Source: Candidatus Cloacimonadales bacterium
Lineage (GTDB): Bacteria > Cloacimonadota > Cloacimonadia > Cloacimonadales > JAIOQZ01
DNA length: 64,000 nt
Assembly: GCA_963674825.1 (NCBI GenBank)
Contig: OY771587.1
Coordinates: 1,088,001 to 1,152,000 of the forward strand
Reading direction: 5' to 3'
Shown here: one piece after another, positions 20,942 to 30,775 of the stretch
Numbering within the stretch: position 1 is the first letter of the stretch
Layout of the letters: the number at the start of each line of letters is the position of its first letter
Position numbers and translations under genes: made by a program
Notes under the pieces: generated by a model
The model's database searches: none
What the model was told of the DNA's origin: nothing
What the model saw: only the letters and a program-made list of their open reading frames with translations

Positions 20942-23080
20942 ATGAAGCGTTTTATCTGGATCCTGCCGATCTTTGTGCTGATCTTACTCTCCGCATGTGC
21001 GGTGGAGGAGATTGCACCCCGAAATTACTACGTAATGGAATATTACCCACATACTGAAGTCGATTCGCTGAAGCGCGACACACCATTCCCCTACAAGGTG
21101 CTGATCAGCGAAGCGGAGATCGCTCGTACTTATACAAGGCGGCAGATCGTGCTTCGACACTTCGGTCCCAAACTCGTCTATTCCGATTACGATAACTGGG
21201 GTGGCAAGCTGTCCGAAATGGTCTCGGATCTTGTAACGCAACGGTTCCGCCGGTATAATGTATTCACAAAGGTTCACGAGGAATTCTACAGCGATTTACC
21301 CGATTTCGAGATCGATATCATCGTCAACAACATCGAGCTATATACATCGGATGTGAACACAAACCGCGCCGCAAGGCTCAATATCGAGTTCCAGCTCAAG
21401 CGGGTGAACGAGCAGACCACACTACTATCTCACAGCGTAAACCGTGTCGTTTTCATGGTGGATGACGAAATAGAAACCTTTGTTCAAATGGTGAATCAGA
21501 TGCTCCTGGAGGAGACCGATCATTTTATCGAGAAAATTACTGTATTCTTCGAGAAAGGCATCACGCCCGAGGACATCATCGCATCTGCATCAACTTCTGC
21601 AGACAGCCTTATCCGCAGTTCAGATAATGATGAAGAACTTCCCAGTGGTATGGGACTTCTCCTGCTACCTGCCATCAGTGAATCCGACGAAGAACCTTAT
21701 TTCATCGTCACCGATACTTACGGCATGGAAACAACAGGCAGAATGGGCGAGCCATTACCGCTCTGGAAAGGTAAATACACGCTTCGCATGGGCTCCGGCG
21801 ACTACGATCAGATGATTCGCAAAGACGATGTTGAAATCGTGCCGAGATTTAAAACCCTGATCAATCCAATGTGGGGTGCGCTCAAAGTTAAGATTGTAGA
21901 TGAGAGTCGAAACTACGCCAAAGTACGCTACGAGATATTCGACCAGTCCACCGGTGAGAGCTTCGGCTCCGATTTTCCGGCAGAAGAAGATATCGGTGAA
22001 CGCGATCGCGTCTGGTTGCTACATCCCGGACTCTATAAAGTCACGATCAACAATGAACCCTTCAACACTTACCAGAATTTTACAACCGTTTTTCTGGAGG
22101 AAGGATCTTACCAAGTCCTGACGATCGTCGTAAGCACCAATGAAGACGGCGTTCCCGAAAACCTGATCGGCGCCGGTGTCCTGGATGAAACGGATATCAA
22201 CGAGGAAGAGGAGTATTTCCATCTCTACAGCGCGATCCACGCCAATGGGAATATCTCCAGCGATAACTCGAACGATCAGAATAATCCTACAACTGTCATC
22301 AATGCAAATATCCAGCTTGACAACCGCATGATCTACGATCGTTATCCGTATCATCTCACCAGTAATCTGCTGGTCGAAGCAGGTATGAGCAAAGATGAAG
22401 AAACCGATCCACGCGCTGCTGACGATAGCTTCAGCCTGCGAAACACACTGGTATATTATCTGGTAAAATCTTTCGGGCTCTACGTCCGCGGCGACGCCAC
22501 AACCCACTTCTTCCCCGAGAAAGTTTATTCTACCGACGAGCGAAATTACGTGTTCATCAATGAAAACAGCCAGCGGGATACGCTGCTTGCAAAAGATAAA
22601 GTCGAGGTCAAACAACCGTGGCAACCAACCGAGCTCAAAGAGGGATTCGGCGTCAACTGGCGCATTCTGGACAAGCAGCGCGCAAGCCTCAGCACACGGC
22701 TCGGACTCGGATTCAGGCAAGTTTATGCCAACGATGTCTTTCTGTACAGCTATACTGATAATGTGGAAGTAAACGACTCAACAGAAGTCAATTACTACGT
22801 GTACAACGAAGTGGGAAATTCCACGCAGGAAGGTGTGGAGTTCAGCGTTGTAGCCAGTCTGGAGCTGCCGTTCAACCTATCCTACGACTCTAATCTGGAC
22901 ATCCTTTTCCCGTTCGATCAGGGAGACCCAAGCTACGAATGGGAGAACATCCTCAACCTCCGCCTGTTCAAGCAGGTGTCGCTCGACTATAAATTCACAC
23001 TGACCTATAACGAGGATGTCGCCGATTACAATATTCTGAACCATCAGTTTTATCTGCGACTGACCTATATCATCAACTGA
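20942..23080 (+). CDS. PqiC/ABC_trans_aux-like lipoprotein fused to a long C-terminal (probable beta-barrel) region
   Basis: Lipobox LSAC; RNYYV, Y..RQIVLR, DNWGG PqiC-like N-terminus; amphipathic strands ending FYLRLTYIIN. Confidence 0.65.
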   Translation: MKRFIWILPIFVLILLSACAVEEIAPRNYYVMEYYPHTEVDSLKRDTPFPYKVLISEAEIARTYTRRQIVLRHFGPKLVYSDYDNWGGKLSEMVSDLVTQRFRRYNVFTKVHEEFYSDLPDFEIDIIVNNIELYTSDVNTNRAARLNIEFQLKRVNEQTTLLSHSVNRVVFMVDDEIETFVQMVNQMLLEETDHFIEKITVFFEKGITPEDIIASASTSADSLIRSSDNDEELPSGMGLLLLPAISESDEEPYFIVTDTYGMETTGRMGEPLPLWKGKYTLRMGSGDYDQMIRKDDVEIVPRFKTLINPMWGALKVKIVDESRNYAKVRYEIFDQSTGESFGSDFPAEEDIGERDRVWLLHPGLYKVTINNEPFNTYQNFTTVFLEEGSYQVLTIVVSTNEDGVPENLIGAGVLDETDINEEEEYFHLYSAIHANGNISSDNSNDQNNPTTVINANIQLDNRMIYDRYPYHLTSNLLVEAGMSKDEETDPRAADDSFSLRNTLVYYLVKSFGLYVRGDATTHFFPEKVYSTDERNYVFINENSQRDTLLAKDKVEVKQPWQPTELKEGFGVNWRILDKQRASLSTRLGLGFRQVYANDVFLYSYTDNVEVNDSTEVNYYVYNEVGNSTQEGVEFSVVASLELPFNLSYDSNLDILFPFDQGDPSYEWENILNLRLFKQVSLDYKFTLTYNEDVADYNILNHQFYLRLTYIIN

Positions 23081-23085
23081 TACGC

Positions 23086-24168
23086 ATGGAAAACGTAGGA
23101 AAGCTTCTGCGAAACGGCAACCGCCTCCAGTTGGAAGGGAACATCGACAAAGTCGCTGTTCCGGGCCTCTTCGCGCAGTTTTCCAGCATGAAAGACATCG
23201 CATCCATCGCGGTTATCGACCTTACAAATGTCAGCATGATCGATAGCGCAGGAGTTGCTCTCCTCGACGAAATGCAGCAACGTATCGGTAAGCCTGAACT
23301 GACAGGCGTTTCATCCGCGGTTCAGCGCTCCATCGACACATTCACTTCGCTCTCCCTTGCCAAGCAGCAAGAGAGCGTACCGCCTGGTTTCTTCGAAATG
23401 GTCGGCGACAAGGCCATCACCTGGTGGAGCTCGGTAATCTATTCACTCTATCTCACTTCCGATACGCTATATTGGGCATTCGTGGGAATTTTCAATCACA
23501 AGGGACAGCGCAAAAATTCGTTCATCCAACAGAGTCTTCTCATCGGTGTCGATGCACTGCCGATTGTTGGGTTGCTATCGTTTATCCTGGGACTGATCCT
23601 CGCGCTTCAAGCGGCGGCTCAGCTCCGCATGTTCGGCGCGAATATCTTCGTGGCAAACCTTGTCTCGATCTCGATGGTCCGCGAGATGGGCCCCATGATG
23701 ACAGCAATCATCATCGCGGGTCGAAGCGGATCGGCTATCGCCTCCGAGATCGCCACCATGAACGTCACTGAAGAGCTGGACGCGCTCAAGATGATGGCGA
23801 TCAATCCTATCCGCTACATTGTGGTACCGAAGTTTCACGCCATGACCATCTGCATGCCGCTGCTTGTTACGGTTTCGATTTTTCTCGGCGTCTTCGGCGG
23901 TGCACTGGTCGCGATGTTCTATCTCGATCTGACCATCAACGCCTACATCGAGCAGGGTATCAGTGCACTGGTGTTCAAAGACATCATCCTCAGCCTGACC
24001 AAAAGCACCTTCTTCTCGTGGGTGATCGTGATCATCGGCAGCTATTACGGCTTCCGGGTACAAGGTGGCGCAGAAGGCGTCGGTAAGGCGACCACAGCCT
24101 CCGTGGTGGCATCCATTTTCGCAGTTATTGTGCTGGATGTAATATTCAGTTTGATCTATTTGATATAG
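23086..24168 (+). CDS. mlaE: STAS-MlaE fusion ABC permease
   Basis: IDLTNVSMIDSAGVALL (STAS); REMGPMMTAIIIAGRSGSAIASEIATM, EELDAL, GGAEGVGKATT. Confidence 0.92.
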   Translation: MENVGKLLRNGNRLQLEGNIDKVAVPGLFAQFSSMKDIASIAVIDLTNVSMIDSAGVALLDEMQQRIGKPELTGVSSAVQRSIDTFTSLSLAKQQESVPPGFFEMVGDKAITWWSSVIYSLYLTSDTLYWAFVGIFNHKGQRKNSFIQQSLLIGVDALPIVGLLSFILGLILALQAAAQLRMFGANIFVANLVSISMVREMGPMMTAIIIAGRSGSAIASEIATMNVTEELDALKMMAINPIRYIVVPKFHAMTICMPLLVTVSIFLGVFGGALVAMFYLDLTINAYIEQGISALVFKDIILSLTKSTFFSWVIVIIGSYYGFRVQGGAEGVGKATTASVVASIFAVIVLDVIFSLIYLI

Positions 24169-24184
24169 GAGTCTGGAGGGAAAA

Positions 24185-24925
24185 ACGGAACCGATCATAA
24201 GAGTCCGAGATCTAGTCGCAAAATACGAGGAGAAGACGATCCTCGACGGGATAACCGTGGATATAATGCCTGCGGAAATCACCGTTATTCTCGGCGGTAG
24301 CGGATGCGGAAAGACCACACTTCTCAAGAACATCCTGCGGCTCTTTGAACCGGCCAGCGGAAGTGTGGAAATTTTCGGTAAAAACGTGGTCGGCATGGAA
24401 GAAGGTGAATTCGAGAAGATTCTGGCGAATGTAGGCATGCTGTTCCAGAATGGTGCGCTACTCAATTCGCTATCCATTTACGACAATATCAGCATTCCGC
24501 TCGAACAGCATACATCGATTCCCGACATCCTTAAAGAGCGCATCATCCGTAAAAAACTGGAACTGGTAAATCTCAGCCACGCCATCTATCTCAAGCCGTC
24601 CGAACTCTCCGGTGGTATGAAGAAACGCGCGGCACTAGCCCGTGCTATGGCGCTCGATCCGCTCATCCTCTTTTTCGACGAGCCCTCCGCCGGACTCGAT
24701 CCCATCACCAGCGCAAACCTCGACGAACTCATCCTGACGCTCAAGAAACAGCTCAACATAACCATCGTCATCGTCACCCACGAGCTGGCGAGCATTCACC
24801 GCATCGCTGACAAGATCATCTTCCTGGACAGCGGTAAGATGCTCTTCAACGGCACCCTCGAAGCCGCCAAGAAAGCCGCTATTCCCGAAATCGACACATT
24901 CTTCGAGGTCGGGCGATTCGAATAA
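24185..24925 (+). CDS. mlaF: MlaF-type ABC ATP-binding protein (probable ACG start)
   Basis: GGSGCGKTT, GMLFQNGALL, LSGGMKKR, DEPSAGLDP. The frame is open upstream of the track start (EPIIRVRDLVAKY), with GGAGG 5 nt before an ACG at 24185. Confidence 0.85.
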   Translation, partial: TEPIIRVRDLVAKYEEKTILDGITVDIMPAEITVILGGSGCGKTTLLKNILRLFEPASGSVEIFGKNVVGMEEGEFEKILANVGMLFQNGALLNSLSIYDNISIPLEQHTSIPDILKERIIRKKLELVNLSHAIYLKPSELSGGMKKRAALARAMALDPLILFFDEPSAGLDPITSANLDELILTLKKQLNITIVIVTHELASIHRIADKIIFLDSGKMLFNGTLEAAKKAAIPEIDTFFEVGRFE

Positions 24926-24998
24926 AGATTTATTTTATCTATCAAATATATTGACTTTTTTCACATTCCATCCTATTATTTGCTCATGGAGGTTTTTC

Positions 24999-25985
24999 AT
25001 GGCTACTCGTATAGACACTTGGCAAATAATAGATGATGGGCTCACCCGAATTGAGACTAGTCTATCTGAACAAAACCGCACAGAACCAGCACATCTTGAA
25101 ACGTGGATTGCGTCAAATCCTGAGATTGTTGGTTCAGATATATCAATCATTGGACGTCAAGTTTCAACAGCAAGTGGATTCCTTGATTTATTGGGGATAG
25201 ACAGATCAGGAAATCTCGTAGTAATTGAATTGAAACGCGATAAAGTAGCCCGAGATGCTATTGCTCAAGCAATTGACTATGCTTCTGATGTTGCCGAGTG
25301 GACTATTGATAAAATTAGTGATGTATGCTACAAATATCATGAGAAAACCCTTGAAGACCATATTGGTGATGTTTTCCCTGAAATAAACATCGATCAAATA
25401 AATATCAATGACACTCAACGAATTATCTTAGTTGGATTTTATTTAGAATCTTCTTCGGAACGGATGATTGCATGGCTATCGGGGATGTTTGGCGTAAACA
25501 TTAATGCCGTCTTACTTAGCTATGTCAAGACCAGTCACGAAGACGAGTTACTTACCAGAACATCAATCATTTCTGAGGATGTTGAAAGACTAAGAACTGA
25601 GAAAAGAAAAAAATTTTCTATAAAGATGTCTGATGTTCCGGGAGAATACAGCCTGGATGAGCTAAAAGAGCGATTATCTCATTATTTTAATGAAAACTCC
25701 ATCGCTAAAAAAAGAATAAAGGATGTTTTACTAAGCTCGCTACTAACAAGAGAGAAGATAACCCGTGATCAATTTAAGGAACTACTAATAAAGAATGACC
25801 CATCGATCGATCCTGGAAAAGCTGGCTATTACCTAATCTCAATCTCCTCTCAACTAGGCATGGAGAAGAACGACTTTCTCAGACAAATCATTAATTACGA
25901 ATATACCAATAACACTTACGAGAAAAACAATTTTTCACTCAACAATAAATACAGGGAAGTGGTTCAATCACTATTCGCCCAGTAG
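24999..25985 (+). CDS. NucS/DUF91-like PD-(D/E)xK endonuclease domain protein
   Basis: LETWIASNP, IIGRQV, G.LDLLGID..GNLVVIELKR, AIAQAIDYA; AT-rich; TTGACT-17-TATTAT promoter at 24951-24979 and GGAGG RBS. Confidence 0.8.
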   Translation: MATRIDTWQIIDDGLTRIETSLSEQNRTEPAHLETWIASNPEIVGSDISIIGRQVSTASGFLDLLGIDRSGNLVVIELKRDKVARDAIAQAIDYASDVAEWTIDKISDVCYKYHEKTLEDHIGDVFPEINIDQININDTQRIILVGFYLESSSERMIAWLSGMFGVNINAVLLSYVKTSHEDELLTRTSIISEDVERLRTEKRKKFSIKMSDVPGEYSLDELKERLSHYFNENSIAKKRIKDVLLSSLLTREKITRDQFKELLIKNDPSIDPGKAGYYLISISSQLGMEKNDFLRQIINYEYTNNTYEKNNFSLNNKYREVVQSLFAQ

Positions 25986-26001
25986 TTCCCCATTCTGTAG
26001 C

Positions 26002-27135
26002 CTACCCCACTCGCTTTCGGAAACTCACGATACTCAGGCTGAAAATCAACACGCCATAGATCGTCATCGGTATCACCGCATCCAGCAGGAACATCAGCCC
26101 GGAACCTTTAGCCGTGATTTCGCGCATGATGATGATGAAATACTTCATCGGATTTAGCCAGGTGATCTGCTTGATAATCCAAGGCATATTCTTGATTGGT
26201 ATGAACAGGCCGCTGAGCAGAATCATAAACACCAGAAAGAACCACGAGAAGAACATCGCCTGTTGCTGCGAAGAGGTCATTGTCGAGACGAGAACCCCCA
26301 AGCCCAGCGTCGCGAACAGATAGAGCAAGGCCAGCCCTGCAAGCAGCAGATAGCTTCCCTGTACATGGATGTCGAAAACGATCTGCGCGATAAAGAGCGA
26401 AAGGAAAAGTTCCACGAAAGTCAGCACCAGAAACGGCAACAGTTTCCCGGTCAGGAGCTGCCATTTGCGGATCGGCGTCACCATGAGCTGTTCCAGCGTT
26501 CCGATCTCCTTTTCGCGCACCAGCCCCATTGCGCTCATCATCATCGAGACCAGCGTAATCATAATCACCACGATCCCCGGCACCATAAACTGCGACGCCT
26601 CCAGGTTTTCATTGAACCACATTCCGCTCTCGAATCCGACCGGCGCTTTGTACTTCTTCATCCCTTCGATGCCCTGACGCATGATGTATCGAGTGGAATA
26701 GTCCACGCCCCAATCTGTGAGAATATCGCGTAAATACCCTCCAGCCACACCAGCTGTATTTCCGTCGATTCCATCGATAACCACTGCGATGCGTGGCTTA
26801 TTGCCAGCCAGCAGATCAGCTTCGAAATCGGGTGGAATCAGGATGCCAAGCTGCGCCTTCCAGCTCTCGATTGCTTGATCGACCTCGGCGTAGCTTCGCA
26901 CCTCGCCCAACGGCTTGAAGCTATTGGTGTGCAGCATATTCTCGATAAGTGCGCGGCTGGTGGGCGATTTGTCCTGATCGCAGACCAGTAGCTTCACGTC
27001 TTTCACCTCGTTGGTGATGGAGAATCCCAGGATCATAATCTGGATGATCGGCACGAAAAACAGGATCGCGATCATCTCACGTGTGCGGAAGACCTGCTTG
27101 AATTCCTTGCGAATTAGTTCGAGTATCGGCCTCAT
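26002..27135 (-). CDS. ABC-2 permease (YbhR-like)
   Basis: LIRKEFKQVFR, REKEIGTLEQLMVTPI, LSGLFIPI.NMP. Confidence 0.9.
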   Translation of the reverse strand: MRPILELIRKEFKQVFRTREMIAILFFVPIIQIMILGFSITNEVKDVKLLVCDQDKSPTSRALIENMLHTNSFKPLGEVRSYAEVDQAIESWKAQLGILIPPDFEADLLAGNKPRIAVVIDGIDGNTAGVAGGYLRDILTDWGVDYSTRYIMRQGIEGMKKYKAPVGFESGMWFNENLEASQFMVPGIVVIMITLVSMMMSAMGLVREKEIGTLEQLMVTPIRKWQLLTGKLLPFLVLTFVELFLSLFIAQIVFDIHVQGSYLLLAGLALLYLFATLGLGVLVSTMTSSQQQAMFFSWFFLVFMILLSGLFIPIKNMPWIIKQITWLNPMKYFIIIMREITAKGSGLMFLLDAVIPMTIYGVLIFSLSIVSFRKRVG

Positions 27136-27136
27136 A

Positions 27137-28258
27137 TCAGTTCCTCCCCTGGTTTTCTGCAATGCGCCTGAAATTCCGCCACGATGCCGCCAGCAGGAAT
27201 ATAGTAAATCCAGACAGTACCAGCACAGGTTCCATCAGGTATTGGATTGTGTTACCCTTCAGCATTATTCCGCGGATGATGATCAGGAAATAGCGTGCCG
27301 GGACAAGCCGCGAGATGTATTGAAGAAATACCGGCATAGACGCGATCGGAAAGATGAAGCCGGACAGCAGAATCGTCGGCATCAACGTACTCATGATTGA
27401 GCCCATCATCGCCACTTGCTGCGATGGCGCAATGGTGGAGATCAGAAGCCCCAGACTCAGTGCTACCAAGATATAGAGTAAAGACAGTCCCAACAGAAGT
27501 AGCGGACTACCGATAAAAGCCACCTTGAACAGCACGATCCCAATCGATAGGATCATGGTGCCAATCACAACCGCCAAAACGATGTAGGGTGTCAGCTTGC
27601 CGAGGATGATTTCCAGCGGACGCACTGGCGAGATGAGAAGCTGCTCCATGGTTCCGGTCTCAAACTCGCGCGTGATCGTTATGCTGGTGAGAAGCGCGGA
27701 AATCATAATCAGAATCAGCGCTATCAGGCCCGGAACGTAGAAGTAATTACTCTCCATCGAAGGGTTGAAACGCGGTTGCAAACTGAATTCCACCGGCTGC
27801 TCGATTCCGCGCTTCAGGTTGTAGTCCTGTATCACGCGGCGGCAGTAATCACGCATCAAGTTGGCGGCGTTGGGATCGGACGCATCAATGATAAGCTGTA
27901 CCGTCGCAGCCTGATTCCGCTCCAGTCTCCTGCCGAAGTCGTCCTTTATAATCATCGCGATATCGGCGTCACGAGCCTTGAAAAGGTCCTCCACTTCGTC
28001 CGGCGATCCCTGCTCGTAGCGTATCTTGAAGAGGTCGCTACCACGAAATCCCTGCATGAAATCCCAAGATGCATCGCTACGACTGAAGTCGTAAACGCTG
28101 ATGCGGATACTCTTGATCTCCATGTCCAGCGCGTAACCGAACATGGTTAGTTGCAGGATCGGCATCAGGATGATGATGACCAGACTGCGAGGATCGTGGA
28201 GAATGTGCAGCCATTCCTTCTTCGACAGTGCGATGATTCTTGCTAAGCTGCCTCTCAT
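27137..28258 (-). CDS. ABC-2 permease (YbhS-like)
   Basis: KKEWLHILHDPRSL, REFETGTMEQLLISP, LSGFIFPI.SMP. Confidence 0.9.
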   Translation of the reverse strand: MRGSLARIIALSKKEWLHILHDPRSLVIIILMPILQLTMFGYALDMEIKSIRISVYDFSRSDASWDFMQGFRGSDLFKIRYEQGSPDEVEDLFKARDADIAMIIKDDFGRRLERNQAATVQLIIDASDPNAANLMRDYCRRVIQDYNLKRGIEQPVEFSLQPRFNPSMESNYFYVPGLIALILIMISALLTSITITREFETGTMEQLLISPVRPLEIILGKLTPYIVLAVVIGTMILSIGIVLFKVAFIGSPLLLLGLSLLYILVALSLGLLISTIAPSQQVAMMGSIMSTLMPTILLSGFIFPIASMPVFLQYISRLVPARYFLIIIRGIMLKGNTIQYLMEPVLVLSGFTIFLLAASWRNFRRIAENQGRN

Positions 28259-28986
28259 GTGTTGCTCCTGAGTAAATGGATGAAAATATCCTGTATGTGG
28301 TCCATCTGGTAACGGTCTTTAAGCTTCTGCGGGCTATCCATGGCAATGATTCTGCCAGCCTGCATTACAGAAACACGGCTGCAATACTCGGCTTCATCCA
28401 TGTAGTGCGTTGTGACGAATACTGTCTTATCCTGCTCCAGCAGGCTGTAGATGACATCCCAGAACTCTCTACGCGCCCGTGGATCGACACCGGATGTCGG
28501 CTCGTCCAGAAAGATGATTGGTGGATCGTGTAGCAGTGAGCAGCCAAGCGCCAGACGCTGCTTGATGCCCACCGGAATTTCACGGGTACTTTTCTTGCGG
28601 TACTGCTGGAGCCCAAGCCGTTCCATCCAGCTATCCATACGTCCCTTGAGAATATCCGGTTTTACATCGTAAATCCCGCCGTAAAATTGCATGTTTTCCT
28701 GCACTGTGAGATCGTTGTATAGTGAGAACTTCTGGCTCATGTAGCCGATATTTCGCTTCACCTGCTCGCTCTGAGTCAGGATATCGTATCCCGCAACGGT
28801 CGCCTCTCCTTCTGTGGGAGAAAGCAACCCGCACAGCATGCGGATCATGGTCGTCTTACCGGCGCCGTTCGCACCGAGGAAGCCGAATACCTCACCGTGG
28901 CGTACTTCCAGGCTCACTTTGTCGACTGCCGTGAAACTGCCGAACCTGCGTGTGATTTCCTTTGCCGAGACGGTTATCTCATTCAT
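28255..28986 (-). CDS. ABC ATP-binding protein (YbhF second-half-like)
   Basis: GANGAGKTT, GYMSQKFSLY, LDEPTSGVDP, TTHYMDEAE. Confidence 0.92.
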   Translation of the reverse strand: MNEITVSAKEITRRFGSFTAVDKVSLEVRHGEVFGFLGANGAGKTTMIRMLCGLLSPTEGEATVAGYDILTQSEQVKRNIGYMSQKFSLYNDLTVQENMQFYGGIYDVKPDILKGRMDSWMERLGLQQYRKKSTREIPVGIKQRLALGCSLLHDPPIIFLDEPTSGVDPRARREFWDVIYSLLEQDKTVFVTTHYMDEAEYCSRVSVMQAGRIIAMDSPQKLKDRYQMDHIQDIFIHLLRSNT

Positions 28987-29891
28987 GCCTTCCCCCCTGT
29001 GACGTGCAGGAATACGTCTTCAATCGTTGGCTGAATCTTCTCCCGGCTGGTCACGCCACAATCTTCGAGCCGCTTCCAGAGCGCTGCATCCGGTTCTTCT
29101 TCGAACGCAACGTGAAGCACATCGCCAAATAGCTGGATCGCCACCAGGTTTTCCATCTGCCCGATTCTGTCTCGTAGATAGCGGAGATCCTCTCCCTGCA
29201 TGCGATAGAGTGGATATTGGTACGTCGCCTTGATTTCCTGTGGTGTGCCCATCGCCACGAAACTTCCCTTGTGCATGAAGGCCAGCCGGTCGAATTGCTC
29301 AGCTTCGTCCATGTAGGCCGTTGAGACCAGGATGCTCGTTCCTTCTTTTCGAATCTCCCGCAGAATCTTCCAAAGCTCTTCCCGTGAAACAGGATCGACA
29401 CCGAAGGTCGGTTCATCGAGAACAAGCACCTTGGGCCGATGCAGCAGGTTGCATGAAAGCGCCAGTTTCTGCTTCATCCCGCCGGAGAGATTTCCAGCCA
29501 GATGATTTTTAAAAGGTTCCAGCTTGGAGAAACCATAGAGCTCAGCAATTCGTGCTTTACGATCCGACGCGGATATTCCAAACAGATCGGCGTAGAAACG
29601 AAGATTCTGTGACACGGTCAGATCCTGATAAAGTGAGAATCGTTGAGGCATATAGCCTATGCGTGATCGAATCTCCCGGTACTTTGTGTGCGTATCCAGG
29701 CCCTCGACCCGGATCACGCCATCATCGATCGGGATCGACGTACAGATGGAACGGATCAGACTGGTTTTCCCTGCGCCGTCTGGCCCTACCAAGCCGAACA
29801 TCTCGCCATCGAGAACTGTCAGGTCGATGTTCCGGTAAGCGGTCGTATCGCCGAATCGTTTGGTCGCACCACGGACAACAATCGGTTCCAT
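28983..29891 (-). CDS. ABC ATP-binding protein (YbhF first-half-like)
   Basis: GPDGAGKTS, GYMPQRFSLY, LSGGMKQK, STAYMDEAE. Confidence 0.92.
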   Translation of the reverse strand: MEPIVVRGATKRFGDTTAYRNIDLTVLDGEMFGLVGPDGAGKTSLIRSICTSIPIDDGVIRVEGLDTHTKYREIRSRIGYMPQRFSLYQDLTVSQNLRFYADLFGISASDRKARIAELYGFSKLEPFKNHLAGNLSGGMKQKLALSCNLLHRPKVLVLDEPTFGVDPVSREELWKILREIRKEGTSILVSTAYMDEAEQFDRLAFMHKGSFVAMGTPQEIKATYQYPLYRMQGEDLRYLRDRIGQMENLVAIQLFGDVLHVAFEEEPDAALWKRLEDCGVTSREKIQPTIEDVFLHVTGGKA

Positions 29892-30775
29892 CAGTCCATC
29901 CGCGAGATTTCCAGCGGCATGCCGTGCTTGATGAGGTGATCGGGGTTCTCGATGCGAAGTTCAACGGCATAGACCAACGCGCTGCGGGTTTCTTTGGTCA
30001 GCACCTGGCTGGGCGTAAATTCCGCCTTCTGTCCGATTCGCTCCACAACACCCGTCATGGCTTGCGAGACGCCGTCTGCCATAATCTTCATCTTCTGCCC
30101 GACCTTGGTTTGTGGAAGCTCTTCCGCTGGGATGTAGATGGTCGTTTCGATCTCGTCCAACTCGGTAATTTCCACAACCGGCGCAACTGGCGGCAGCGTT
30201 TCTTCCACCTCGAACAGCACCGATGTCACGATTCCGTTGGTCGGCGCGTTCAGCGAACTGTCCGCGATACGCTTTTCGAGCGTGAGTAGCTTCGCGTCGA
30301 GCTCCTTCTTCTTCGCGCTGATAAGCGAAAGCTGCTGCTTGGCATTCAAGAGCTGCGTCTGTGCCTTGTTGCGCATGTTGACCACGTCGTCGTATTTCTG
30401 TTGCGGTACGCTCTGTGTCTCGAGCAGGCTTTTGGTACGCTCTTCGATGGTATCGACATACGCCAGATCCTTTTCAGCCTGCGATTTCATATTCAAGTAT
30501 ATCTGCTTCTGGACGGCAAGTTGATCGTAACCCGCGTCAATCTCCAGACGCTTGTAGTTCATATCCAGCGTGTCCAGGAGAGCGACGGGCTGCCCAGCCT
30601 TAATCTCGTCTCCTTCGTCCACGGCGATCTCGACCAGCTTGCCTCCGTAAAGCGACGATACGTTGTGCACCGTCCCTTCTGCGATGCCAACATAGTGGCC
30701 TGCTTCGTTTTTCTTCGCACACGCGGTGAAAACGATCATTATAATGAGTGGGATGATGGTGATTGCTCTTTTCAT
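29891..30775 (-). CDS. HlyD family membrane fusion protein (YbhG-like, lipoprotein signal)
   Basis: Lipoyl halves VDEGDEIKAGQ and LNAPTNGIV; AEFTP.QVLT.ETR..LVY. Confidence 0.88.
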   Translation of the reverse strand: MKRAITIIPLIIMIVFTACAKKNEAGHYVGIAEGTVHNVSSLYGGKLVEIAVDEGDEIKAGQPVALLDTLDMNYKRLEIDAGYDQLAVQKQIYLNMKSQAEKDLAYVDTIEERTKSLLETQSVPQQKYDDVVNMRNKAQTQLLNAKQQLSLISAKKKELDAKLLTLEKRIADSSLNAPTNGIVTSVLFEVEETLPPVAPVVEITELDEIETTIYIPAEELPQTKVGQKMKIMADGVSQAMTGVVERIGQKAEFTPSQVLTKETRSALVYAVELRIENPDHLIKHGMPLEISRMD

